Positions 41,837-53,276 of a DNA stretch of 64,000 bases are shown piece after piece. Both the position numbers and the translations under genes were made by a program. Within the stretch, counting starts at the first letter, position 1. Every line of letters starts with the position of its first letter. The DNA lies in the NCBI GenBank assembly GCA_965223005.1, contig CBDCVK010000010.1, forward strand, positions 448,001 through 512,000. Reading direction: 5' to 3'. The notes beneath the pieces are model-generated. The model worked only from the letters and a program-made list of their open reading frames with translations, was not told the origin of the DNA and ran no database searches. This DNA comes from Terriglobia bacterium (GTDB lineage: Bacteria > Acidobacteriota > Terriglobia > JAJPHL01 > JAPKYU01).

Positions 41837-43308
41837 AAGGCGAACGTGCCCCACAGATCATCGCGCCGGGACACACCTATGCGTCGGTCACCGACAAGAT
41901 CAGCGCCATTGTGCTCACCGGGCGCACTCCGCGCGGCTGGTGGAGGCGCTCGGCTTCGGGGTGGCCTTTGCTCTGGTCATGGTTCTGCTGTATTCGGTGG
42001 CCTATCTACTGGCCGTGGGCACCGGCATCTGGGGGATCACCGGGCGCACTCCGCGCGGCGTTCGGCTTCGGGGTGGCCTTTGCTCTGGTCATGGTTCTGC
42101 TGTATTCGGTGGCCTATCTACTGGCCGTGGGCACCGGCATCTGGGGGATCAACGTTCCGGTCGGCTGGGGATTCGCCATCATCAACTTCGTCTGGTGGAT
42201 CGGGATCGGGCATGCGGGCACTTTGATCTCAGCCATCCTGTTATTGCTGCGCCAGCAATGGCGAACCTCGATCAACCGTTTCGCCGAAGCCATGACGTTG
42301 TTCGCGGTCGCCTGTGCGGGAATTTTTCCGCTCCTTCACATGGGGCGTCCGTGGCTCTTTTACTGGCTCATGCCTTACCCCAACACGATGGGGGTGTGGC
42401 CGCAGTTCCGCAGCCCGCTGGTCTGGGACGTGTTTGCTGTCACCACCTATGCCACCGTCTCGGCGTTGTTCTGGTTTGTGGGCCTGATCCCGGACTTTGC
42501 GACGCTGCGCGATCGCGCCGGCTCGCGGTTGGCTCAAGTCATCTACGGCGTGCTGGCGATGGGATGGCGAGGCTCGGCAAAGCACTGGCACCGCTATGAA
42601 ACCGCCTACCTGCTTCTGGCCGGGCTCGCCACTCCTCTGGTGATCTCGGTGCACACCATTGTCAGTTTCGACTTTGCGATAGGCATCATTCCCGGCTGGC
42701 ACGCCACCATTTTCCCTCCCTATTTTGTGGCGGGCGCCATCTATGCGGGCTTTGCCATGGTCCTGACCCTGGCCATACCAGTCCGCGCCATCTATGGACT
42801 GCAGGATTTCATCACCATGCGGCACCTGGAGAACATGGCCAAAGTCATGTTGGCCACGGGCCTGATTGTCGCCTACGGCTACTTGATAGAAGCCTTCATG
42901 GCCTGGTATAGCGGGAATCGGTACGAACGGTACATGATTTTGAATCGGCTGAACGGTCCATACGCCAGTCATTACTGGGCGCTGCTGCTGTGCAACGTCG
43001 TGACCCCGCAGTTTCTCTGGTTTCGGCGAATCCGCACGAACGTGGTCACGCTGTTCCTGATCGCCATTGTGGTCGGCATCGGTATGTGGTTGGAGCGATT
43101 CATCATCGTTGTTACCAGCCTGCATCGGGACTTCTTGCCTTCCTCCTGGGGCATGTATGCCGGCACCCGCTGGGATTGGGCTACGTTTGCGGGTTCGATC
43201 GGCCTGTTTTTTGCCCTGCTGTTCTTGTTCGTCCGCTTCCTGCCAATGATTTCGATTTTCGAGATGCGGACTATCGTGCCGCGTTCGGAGGACCGGAGGA
43301 AGTCATGA
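41806..43308 (+). CDS. actC: ACIII subunit ActC (NrfD family), with internal duplication
   Basis: [51 protein letters not shown]. Confidence 0.92.
   Translation: MEPEQPARTLEGERAPQIIAPGHTYASVTDKISAIVLTGRTPRGWWRRSASGWPLLWSWFCCIRWPIYWPWAPASGGSPGALRAAFGFGVAFALVMVLLYSVAYLLAVGTGIWGINVPVGWGFAIINFVWWIGIGHAGTLISAILLLLRQQWRTSINRFAEAMTLFAVACAGIFPLLHMGRPWLFYWLMPYPNTMGVWPQFRSPLVWDVFAVTTYATVSALFWFVGLIPDFATLRDRAGSRLAQVIYGVLAMGWRGSAKHWHRYETAYLLLAGLATPLVISVHTIVSFDFAIGIIPGWHATIFPPYFVAGAIYAGFAMVLTLAIPVRAIYGLQDFITMRHLENMAKVMLATGLIVAYGYLIEAFMAWYSGNRYERYMILNRLNGPYASHYWALLLCNVVTPQFLWFRRIRTNVVTLFLIAIVVGIGMWLERFIIVVTSLHRDFLPSSWGMYAGTRWDWATFAGSIGLFFALLFLFVRFLPMISIFEMRTIVPRSEDRRKS
41916..42151 (+). repeat. Imperfect tandem duplication (~112-122 bp unit) inside actC
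   Basis: CACCGGGCGCACTCCGCGCGGC at 41916 and 42038; TCGGCTTCGGGGTGG...GGGGGATCA at 41950 and 42062. Confidence 0.92.
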
Positions 43309-43345
43309 CGGACCCGATCGGGGGACACGTCGGAGAGTGCGCAGT

Positions 43346-43882
43346 ATGAAGAAAGCGGCCCTTTACGGATTGATGGCTGAATTTGAGACTTCCGAGGCCG
43401 TGGTGGCTGCCGTACGCCGTGCTTACCAGGAGGGATACCGGCGGATGGATGCCTACACGCCCATGCCGGTTGAGGGATTGGCCGAAGAGTTCGGCTTCCA
43501 TCATACGCGGCTGCCGCTCATCGTTCTGCTCGGGGGGATTGCCGGAGGCGTTGGGGGATTCCTGTTGCAATACTACACGTCGGTGATCGACTTTCCCCTC
43601 AACGTGGGAGGCCGTCCCTTGAACAGTTGGCCCGCTTTCATCCCGATCACATTTGAGATGACCATTTTGGTTGCGGCATTGTCAGCAGTGCTCGGAATGT
43701 TGGCGCTCAACGGCCTTCCCAGGCCGTATCACCCGGTCTTCAACGTTTCTCGATTTGCGCTGGCCACACGGAACCGCTTCTTTCTGTGCGTCGAAGGCAC
43801 CGATCCTAAATTTGACCTGGTTGCCACCAAGCGGTTCCTGGAGAGTTTAGGCCCGCGTGAGGTATCTGAAGTTGCGCCATAA
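43346..43882 (+). CDS. actD: ACIII subunit ActD (DUF3341)
   Basis: GLMAEF, DAYTPMP, NVGGRP, FIPITFEMTIL. Confidence 0.9.
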   Translation: MKKAALYGLMAEFETSEAVVAAVRRAYQEGYRRMDAYTPMPVEGLAEEFGFHHTRLPLIVLLGGIAGGVGGFLLQYYTSVIDFPLNVGGRPLNSWPAFIPITFEMTILVAALSAVLGMLALNGLPRPYHPVFNVSRFALATRNRFFLCVEGTDPKFDLVATKRFLESLGPREVSEVAP

Positions 43883-44492
43883 CACGATCCACTATCCGTG
43901 CGCGAACCATATTCCGGGAGGGGGCGTCCGGATTGGCCTGCTCGTCCTTTGTTCCCTTTTGCTGGGAGGGTGCCGCCAGGATATGCACGACCAGCCCAGG
44001 TTCGAGGCGCTGGAGGCCAGCACGTTCTTCGAAGATGGCCAATCCGCGCGGCCGCTGATAGCCGGCACGGTGGCCCGCGGTCATTTGCGCAGAGATGAGC
44101 ATTTCTACGCGGGGAAATCTGACGGGGCCTTGGCCGATACCTTTCCCTTTCCAGTTAATCGTGAGGTCCTAGCGCGAGGCCGAGAACGTTTCGACATTTT
44201 TTGCTCACCTTGCCACGGTCGCGTGGGAGCCGGCCGGGGCATAGTCGTGCGACGAGGGTTTCGCTCGCCGCCGTCGTTTCACATCCCGCGGCTGCGCGAA
44301 GCTCCGGTAGGACATTTTTTCGACGCCATAACGAATGGCTTTGGCGGCATGGCTAGTTACGCGAGCCGGATTTCGCCTGAAGACCGCTGGGCGATTGTCG
44401 CCTACGTGCGCGCGCTCCAATTGAGCCAGCACGCCACGCTGGCCGACGTTCCGTCAGAGCAACGTTCGGAACTCGTTGGGACCGCAGAATGA
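43857..44492 (+). CDS. actE: ACIII monoheme cytochrome c lipoprotein ActE
   Basis: Lipobox LGGCRQDMHDQP, CSPCH, DRWAIVAYVRALQ; true start probably downstream of 43857. Confidence 0.9.
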   Translation: MRYLKLRHNTIHYPCANHIPGGGVRIGLLVLCSLLLGGCRQDMHDQPRFEALEASTFFEDGQSARPLIAGTVARGHLRRDEHFYAGKSDGALADTFPFPVNREVLARGRERFDIFCSPCHGRVGAGRGIVVRRGFRSPPSFHIPRLREAPVGHFFDAITNGFGGMASYASRISPEDRWAIVAYVRALQLSQHATLADVPSEQRSELVGTAE

Positions 44493-45679
44493 ACGAATTC
44501 GAAACGCTCCGTCCCGAACTGGATCGCATTCGAAAGCAAGCGCTCGTGGTGGGCAGCGTGGCCTTGGGAGTCTGCATCGTAGGAGGCTTTCCCAACCCGG
44601 AGCAATTTTTCCGCTCCTACCTACTGGGCTACCTGTTCTGGATCGGAATCGCGCTGGGAAGCCTCGCCATCTTGATGCTGCACCACATGGTCGGCGGCGC
44701 GTGGGGTTTTGTGATCTGTCGCGCGCTCGAGTCCGCGACACGCACGCTGCCGCTGATGGGCTTGCTGCTCGTGCCACTACTGTTCGGCATCTACAAGTGG
44801 GGTGTAGTGTATAGCTGGGCGCGCCCCGAGGCAGTGGCTGCCGATGAACTCTTGCAACACAAGAGCCCTTACCTGAATGTCCCCTTTTTTTTCACTCGAG
44901 CGATCGTTTACTTCGCGATTTGGATCGCGATTGCCTACTTCTTGAATAAGTGGTCAGCCGAGCACGATCGAACTGCGGACGGCTCCTTTGTGCGTCGGCT
45001 TCAGATTCTCAGTGGGCCCGGACTGCTGCTTTACGGGCTCACCGTATCGTTTGCTTTTGTGGACTGGGTCATGTCGTTGGAGCCGCATTGGTTCTCAACG
45101 GTTTACGGCGTCATGTTTATGATCGGGCAGGCGCTGGGGGCGCTAGCCTTTGCCATCGGCGTGACCGCGCTGCTCGCCAAGCGCAAGCCTTTGTCGGACG
45201 TCGTCGAGGCCGGGCATTTTCACGACCTGGGTAACCTCCTGCTGGCTTTCGTCATGCTGTGGGCCTACATCGCGTTTTCCCAATACTTGATTATCTGGTC
45301 GGGCAACCTGCCGGAGGAAATTCCCTGGTATCTGCACCGCAGTTTGGGCGGCTGGCAATGGGTGGCGCTACTGTTGTTCCTTTTCCATTTTTGTTTGCCC
45401 TTTCTGGTGCTACTATCTCGCGTCGCGAAGCGCAGGGTACGAATCCTGGCCACGGTGGCGGCGGCCATGACCGTGATGCGTCTGGTGGATTTGTTCTGGC
45501 TGGTCGCGCCGGCATTCCATCCTACTGGGTTCAGCCTCCATTGGATGGATCTGGGGGCACCGGTCGGTATCGGAGGAATTTGGATAGCAGTGTTTGTTTG
45601 GCAACTGGGCAAGAGAGCCCTGCTGCCGGCGTATGACCCTCGTGTGAATGAAGAGATGGGGGTTGCTGAAGGCACTTGA
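44489..45679 (+). CDS. actF: ACIII membrane subunit ActF
   Basis: KSPYLN, DWVMSLEPHWFST, HDLGNLL, SQYLIIWSGNLPEE. Confidence 0.9.
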   Translation: MNEFETLRPELDRIRKQALVVGSVALGVCIVGGFPNPEQFFRSYLLGYLFWIGIALGSLAILMLHHMVGGAWGFVICRALESATRTLPLMGLLLVPLLFGIYKWGVVYSWARPEAVAADELLQHKSPYLNVPFFFTRAIVYFAIWIAIAYFLNKWSAEHDRTADGSFVRRLQILSGPGLLLYGLTVSFAFVDWVMSLEPHWFSTVYGVMFMIGQALGALAFAIGVTALLAKRKPLSDVVEAGHFHDLGNLLLAFVMLWAYIAFSQYLIIWSGNLPEEIPWYLHRSLGGWQWVALLLFLFHFCLPFLVLLSRVAKRRVRILATVAAAMTVMRLVDLFWLVAPAFHPTGFSLHWMDLGAPVGIGGIWIAVFVWQLGKRALLPAYDPRVNEEMGVAEGT

Positions 45680-45698
45680 AGCCCGCTGTAGGCGCGTG

Positions 45699-46124
45699 AT
45701 GAGTGAGACGAACCAGTCCGAGGAAAGCCTGGGCCGGCGATACCAGCCGAGCGAGCCGGACGTCGGACGCATTGCGCTGTTCGCGGTCCTGCTGGTGATT
45801 TCCGTCGGGGTGGCCCTGTTGGCGATGAGCTGGACATATACCATCCTGGCTGGCCTCCAGCCGGAGCCTTCTCCGACGGCTTCTCTGTGGGCGGAAGCGG
45901 AGCGTTTGCCGCCGCAGCCTCGCCTGCAAGTCGTCCCCGCACGGGATCTGCAAACAGCGCGCATTGATGAGGAGGCTTTGTTAAATAGCTACGGGTGGGT
46001 CGACCCAGAGGCCGGCGTGGTCAGAATCCCGATCGAGCGGGCCATCGACGTGCTTGCCCAACGGGGCCTCCCTGCCAGGGATCGGAGACAAGAAACCCGG
46101 AGGAGCTCTGATCGAAAGCCATGA
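45699..46124 (+). CDS. ACIII-associated small membrane protein (ActG-like)
   Basis: Single TM helix, PQPRLQ, LNSYGWVD..GVVRIPIERA; position in operon. Confidence 0.75.
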   Translation: MSETNQSEESLGRRYQPSEPDVGRIALFAVLLVISVGVALLAMSWTYTILAGLQPEPSPTASLWAEAERLPPQPRLQVVPARDLQTARIDEEALLNSYGWVDPEAGVVRIPIERAIDVLAQRGLPARDRRQETRRSSDRKP

Positions 46125-47017
46125 CAGTTAGCGCGGCTCATCAGAAAGGGCAACGAATTCTGAATTGCGGTGCAGGGTCTCGACCTCTGGGATCTCGTTT
46201 CATCGTGTTGCTGTGTCTTTGCCTGCTATTAGCGCTTGCTGCGGATCTGGCTCAGGCGCAGAACCTCCGGCCCGCGCCCTTGCGTGACGTTGGCATTGAT
46301 CAAAAGCTGAACGAGCAATTACCTTTGAACCTGACCTTTCGGGACGAGACCGGCAAGCCCGTACAACTTCGCCAATATTTTGGCCAGAAGCCGGTGATCC
46401 TATCTCTTGTCTATTACGATTGCCCCATGCTCTGCACGTTAGTGCTGAACGGGTTGGTCCGGAGCCTCCGGGTTGTTCCCCTCGATGTGGGAGATCAATT
46501 CGATGTGGTGACCGTAAGCTTTGATCCACGGGAGACGGCTGCGCTGGCAGCAGCCAAAAAGGAAACTTATGTTAGGCGCTATGCCCGAGCTCAGGCATCA
46601 CAGGGGTGGCACTTTCTTACTGGCGAGGAGGCCTCGATTCAACAACTGACCCGGGCCGTGGGATTCCGCTATGCCTACGACGCGAAAAGCGGGGAGTTCG
46701 CTCATGCCACCGGGATTATGGTCTTGACGCCTACCGGCAGGCTTGCCCGCTACTTTTACGGAATTGATTATTCGCCCAGGGACTTGCGCCTGGCGCTGGT
46801 GGAAGCCTCGGCCAATAAGATCGGCTCGGCCGTTGACCAGTTGCTACTGTTTTGTTTCCACTACGACCCCAAAACAGGAAAGTACAGTCTGGTCGTCATG
46901 AATGTCCTCCGCGTCGCTGGGATGGGCACGCTTCTGACCCTGGGGAGCTTTCTGTTTGTCATGTTTCGCCGGGATCGGCGCAAATACTGGAAGCCGGAGG
47001 AAACAGGTCCGGCGTAA
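46121..47017 (+). CDS. SCO1/SenC-family copper chaperone
   Basis: YYDCPMLC motif, FAHA, C-terminal TM helix. Confidence 0.9.
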   Translation: MTVSAAHQKGQRILNCGAGSRPLGSRFIVLLCLCLLLALAADLAQAQNLRPAPLRDVGIDQKLNEQLPLNLTFRDETGKPVQLRQYFGQKPVILSLVYYDCPMLCTLVLNGLVRSLRVVPLDVGDQFDVVTVSFDPRETAALAAAKKETYVRRYARAQASQGWHFLTGEEASIQQLTRAVGFRYAYDAKSGEFAHATGIMVLTPTGRLARYFYGIDYSPRDLRLALVEASANKIGSAVDQLLLFCFHYDPKTGKYSLVVMNVLRVAGMGTLLTLGSFLFVMFRRDRRKYWKPEETGPA

Positions 47018-47061
47018 GAGACGAGAAGACCGGCGATGCCGGTCTCTTACTGCTTTGGATT

Positions 47062-48005
47062 ATGTGGGAAGGTTTTCCTTTATTCCCTGAACAGGCGTCC
47101 ACCGTAGCGGGCGAAGTGGACATGCTGTTTTATTTCTTGATCGCAGTCAGTCTGTTTTTTACCGTTCTAATTTTCTCGCTGATCTTTTACTTCGCCATCC
47201 GCTACCGGAGACGCTCCGAGACTGAACAGCCTCGTCCGATGGTCGGCTCCATCGGACTGGAGTTATTCTGGTCCATCACTCCGTTCATGATTACGGTGGT
47301 CATGTTTGTTTGGGCGACCAGCCTGTATTTCAAAAATGCCAGTCCTACGGCGGGAGCATTAGAGATCTATGTAGTTGCCAAGCAATGGATGTGGAAACTT
47401 CAGCATCCGGAGGGCCAGCGGGAAATCAACACTTTGCACGTGCCGATCGGCCGTCCCGTCCGTTTGATCATGACCTCCGAGGATGTTATCCACAGTTTTT
47501 ACGTGCCTGCATTTCGGGTGAAATACGATGTATTGCCAGGACGGTACACAACCCTCTGGTTTGAGCCCACAAAAACCGGAGAATACCACTTGTTTTGCGC
47601 GGAATATTGTGGAACGAAACATTCTCAGATGGCCGGTCGCGTCATCGTCATGACGCCACTGGAATTCGAGAAATGGCTGGGAGGGACCGCGACAGGAGAG
47701 TCGCTGGCAGAGGTTGGTCAGAGGTTGTTCCAGCGGCTCGGGTGCATTACCTGCCACCGCCCGGACGCGAGCGGACGCGGGCCCGTGCTGGAAGGTCTGT
47801 TCAACAAACCGGTGCCCTTGGCCACCGGAGAGACTGTGATCGCGGACGAGGACTACCTCCGGGAGTCGATCCTGCGGCCCAGCGCGAAAATGGTGGCTGG
47901 ATACACCGTGAGAATGCCAACCTTCCAGGGCCAGATCGGCGAGGAGGGGCTGGTGCAGATCATTGCCTTTATTAAATCTCTTAGTCGGGAAGTGCAAATC
48001 GAGGA

Positions 48006-48009
<4 letters not shown>
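47062..48009 (+). CDS. coxB: Cytochrome c oxidase subunit II with fused cytochrome c (caa3)
   Basis: [18 protein letters not shown] CuA site, CITCH heme c. Confidence 0.95.
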
Positions 48010-49626
<1,617 letters not shown>

Positions 49627-49634
<8 letters not shown>

Positions 49635-50274
49635 AACACACGCCGCGCTGGCGCACCAGTTTGACGACCTGGAACAGCAGCACGAAGCCGTCACTCTGGG
49701 CATGTGGGCGTTCCTAGTCACCGAAATCATGTTCTTCGGTGGCCTGTTTGCCGGATACACCGTCTATCGCTCAGCCTATCCCGAGGCGTTTGCCGCAGCC
49801 AGCCGGATCCTGGACAGGGAGCTCGGCGCCATCAATACCGTGGTCTTGATCGCGAGCAGCCTCACGATGGTTCTGGCTGTGCATAGCGCGCAACTCGGCA
49901 GGCGCAAGGCATTGGTTGTGTTTCTGCTCTGCACCATTGTTCTAGGTTCGGTATTTCTGGGCATCAAGGCTGTAGAATACAGTCACAAGTTTGAGCACCA
50001 TCTGGTGCCGGGCCCTTGGTTCCACTACGAGGGTCCCCGCGCGAGCCAGGTTCACCTTTTCTTCTACTTCTATTTCGTCATGACGGGTATGCACGCACTG
50101 CACATGGTAATTGGAATTGTAATTCTAGCGGTTCTTGTCTTCCAATCCTGGCGCGGCCGGTACACAAACCTATACTCTTCGCCGGTGGAGATGACCGGCC
50201 TGTACTGGCACTTCGTGGATATCGTGTGGATTTTCCTGTTCCCGTTACTTTATCTGCTCGGGCAGCACTTATGA
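49627..50274 (+). CDS. coxC: Cytochrome c oxidase subunit III
   Basis: [31 protein letters not shown]. Confidence 0.94.
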
Positions 50275-50624
50275 CGCACCACGTTGTCTCGCTGAAAGCC
50301 TATTACCTTGTCTTTGGGGCACTTCTCCTGTTAACCATCACCACGGTTGCTGTCGCCTCGTGGGATCTAGGAGAGCTGCTGGATCTAGGAGCATGGGTGA
50401 ATACGGTGGTCGCGGTCTTGATCGCGGTTTTGAAAGCAACTCTGGTTGCCCTCTACTTCATGCACGTCCGCTACAGCAGTCATCTCACAAAAGTGTTCGT
50501 GGTGGCGGGATTCTTCTGGTTGGCCATCCTCATTGGCCTGATCATGAGTGACTTCCTCACCCGGGAGCGGCCTTCCCGCCCCACCAGCCTTGGCGCTTCT
50601 GCAACAGCAACCCTGAGTCGGTAG
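50271..50624 (+). CDS. Cytochrome c oxidase subunit IV
   Basis: IAVLKATLVALYFMHVRY; ATGA overlap with subunit III. Confidence 0.88.
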   Translation: MTHHVVSLKAYYLVFGALLLLTITTVAVASWDLGELLDLGAWVNTVVAVLIAVLKATLVALYFMHVRYSSHLTKVFVVAGFFWLAILIGLIMSDFLTRERPSRPTSLGASATATLSR

Positions 50625-50702
50625 CTCCCTGAAAACCACGCGTAGCAAGTTTTCACGTGTAGCGGGCTTTGATGTTCAGGACAGGCGTCGGAAATTCACG
50701 GC

Positions 50703-52531
50703 CTATAGCGGGCTCACCGACAGCAACCAGTTCGCAGCCATGGTCCCGGCAGCCTGCAGCCACGCCAAGGAGGACTTTCGTGGTTCACAACGCAGGATTC
50801 CAGCGGATGGGAAACTTGGTGAGTTATCGTCTCCCTCCACGCTGCTCCATCGAACCGGAACGGACATGGGTGGGGCAGGTGGGGAGTCTGCTCCCAGCGC
50901 CGTGAGGGAACTCTGACGAGCCTGCGCGAGCCCGTAGCTGGACAGCGTTCCTCGCCAGCCCAGTTGCGGTGAGAGAAGAAAACCCGATTGCCACCGTTGG
51001 TCCGGCAGATAGGGGCGCTCCAAAGCAACCAGCGGTTGCCAGTCGGTTTGAGGCACCAACGACAAGAGACTAACCAGCGGCGAGGACAATGCGAGCAGTG
51101 AGAAGGTTGCGTGATAAGTTGAGAGTTCCAGCGGTCCGTAGCCTAGCGAGGGTAGCCGGGATCCAATCGTGAACTGCAGATGTCCGAAGGCGCTCACTGG
51201 TCCCAACGGCCCCGAGGCTTTTCCTTCACCAGGATACTCAGGTCAACGCAGTGATCCTCCGGAGCCAGCTTCATGCGGACGTCGGATTCTACAACCGGTT
51301 CGATCAAGACGAGCTAGCTTAGACGCGCCAAGCTACGGCGCAGTCGTCCCTCATCAAACAAGTCCCCCTCTTGCAACAGCAGGGCTCGTCGCAGGGTCGA
51401 ATCGCCGACCGCATGGTGGCCGCGAAATTCAATCTGCCCCACCCGATAGACAGCCCCGGTTTCAATTTTCGCCTTGAGGGCGACCCATGGGCGGGCAACC
51501 GCACCCGTTTCAGCTAACCCTCCTCCCTTCGGGTCAATTCCCCCTCTGTCCCGGAGACGTTCCGAGGTCGTTTTTGCTTCCAGCAAGGCGGTGAACCCAA
51601 GTTTGCCCTCTCTTTCCGACTCGCGGCGTGCTTCTAAGAGGAATTGACACAGTTCGCGACTCGAAAAAGTGCCATCCGGCTGCGGCGGAAGTTCTTGGAT
51701 CGACTCGGCTCCCACGACCTCCAGCCGCTCCACGCGATAGCGCGGTCCCGCATCCACCTGCACCGTAACTGTGGCTTTGTCCTCTGCGGTGTTCACGGTG
51801 GAGATTCCTACCTTGGCATCAAAGTAGCCGCGGGAAAGATACAGCGACTGAAGACGTTCCACGTCGGCCTGGAGGCGCTGCTGGCTGAGAGGCGCAAGTA
51901 AGCGCCAACCTCGCCATAACGGGCCTAAGCCAGGCAACAAGCGTTGCGCGCGAGTCGCGCGCAACGCTCCCCGCAACTCGTTTGGTTTCAACCCTAATGA
52001 TCCCGAGAAGCGCATCTCCTGTACCCGATAGTCCCGGCCCCGCTCCACCCGGACCCGCAAGTCCGCCTGCTGGAAACCCACCGGGATCACTCCGGCTTCC
52101 ACCGTCGCCTCAGCGTGACCCTGCTCGACTAGCTGCTGCCGCAGCGCAGCCGCCACTCTCTTGGCCAGCACGGCATCGATGGGCGTGCCGTTCTCAAGGT
52201 CCACCGCGCGACGCTCGTTTTCGGGGTCGAACTCAACCCGCCGCAGGTGAAGCCGCGGCTTCTCTGCCAGAATGAAAACCAGGTGCACTCCCTCCACGGA
52301 TGGAGAGCTTTCGACCAGGATGGCGTTGAACCAGCCCGTCGCCCACAGGCGACGGACGTCGTGCTCAATACGGACCAGGTCGAGCGTTTGGCCGGAGCGC
52401 GTCTCTAATTCAAGAGGCCGCAGGCTGCCACGAATCTGCAACGTTTGGATGAATGGACTGTCTGCCGCCCATAGCGCAGCATGGGAGAGAAAGGAAAGGA
52501 GGAGGGTTCTCCAAATGAACGGTCCTACCAT
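50703..52531 (-). pseudogene. POTRA-domain outer-membrane assembly (BamA-like) protein, disrupted
   Basis: Signal peptide and POTRA repeats (DVRRLWATGWF, LYLSRGYFDA, YRVGQIEFRG..DSTLRR); in-frame TAG at 51314-51316 followed by continuing POTRA-like LIEPV..VDLSILVKEKPRGRW, then a frameshift into ORF 50703..51206. Confidence 0.7.
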
Positions 52532-52714
52532 GGAAGTAACCTCGTTCAAGGATGATCGAGCAGCTACTCAGGGTAGCCTGGCGTTCAAGCAATACAAGAC
52601 GGATTTGGAGGATAGAAGTTACAAGATACAGGTACGAAATAGCGAGCACGAACAGAGCCGCGAAGGAAGCGGTCAAATCCCCGTAGCCTGTTGAAACGGC
52701 ATCTTTTAAAAGAA

Positions 52715-52759
52715 TGGTCGGGCCGTCGGGATTTGAACCCGAGACCTCTTGCACCCCAA
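52715..52759 (-). tRNA. tRNA-Pro(TGG) 3' half only (att-site duplication)
   Basis: TTGGGGTGCAAGAGGTCTCGGGTTCAAATCCCGACGGCCCGACCA: anticodon loop, T-arm, acceptor 3' strand and CCA; no 5' half or D-arm upstream. Confidence 0.85.
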
Positions 52760-53276
52760 TTGTGCGTTCCATGTTAGCGGCGATGAGATGGAGTGAGCCC
52801 AAGTGATACGACCAGCAAGGGATGACTCGATTCAACCGCTGTGCCAGGTGACACTGACGCACACCGAGTAATAAGGGGTTAGTTGGGCTTGGATGCCAGG
52901 GTCACGTCACAAAGTACGTCACAATCGCCGGGCGCCATCACACCGCGCATGCGAGGCTTCCGGCTCGCTGGGATGCCGAGGGCCCTGATGGTACCAGCCC
53001 GAGCCGTTTCGTGGGCACCGTTTGCTATTGACCAAACCCGTCAAGGGGTTGACGGAGAGTGTCTCACCTTTAGTTGAAAGTCGAGCGGCGGTTCGCTGAC
53101 CTGGTTCCGTAGAATCGGGTTGGGAAACTTTCTGGAAAGGGGAACCGCCGTGCAGAGAAGCTACCACATCCTAGGCCGGAGCGATAGCCGAAGCTCCCGC
53201 AAACTGGCTGCCTACCTGGCTCGCCACGGGCAGTTTCTGCTGCCCTGGGTGGAGTTGATCGAACAATCGCGGTTAG

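Noticed and set aside
51314-51316. In-frame TAG as possible pyrrolysine or readthrough codon
   Set aside because: A frameshift follows ~40 codons later and TAG is a normal stop elsewhere in the window, so ordinary pseudogenisation is more likely
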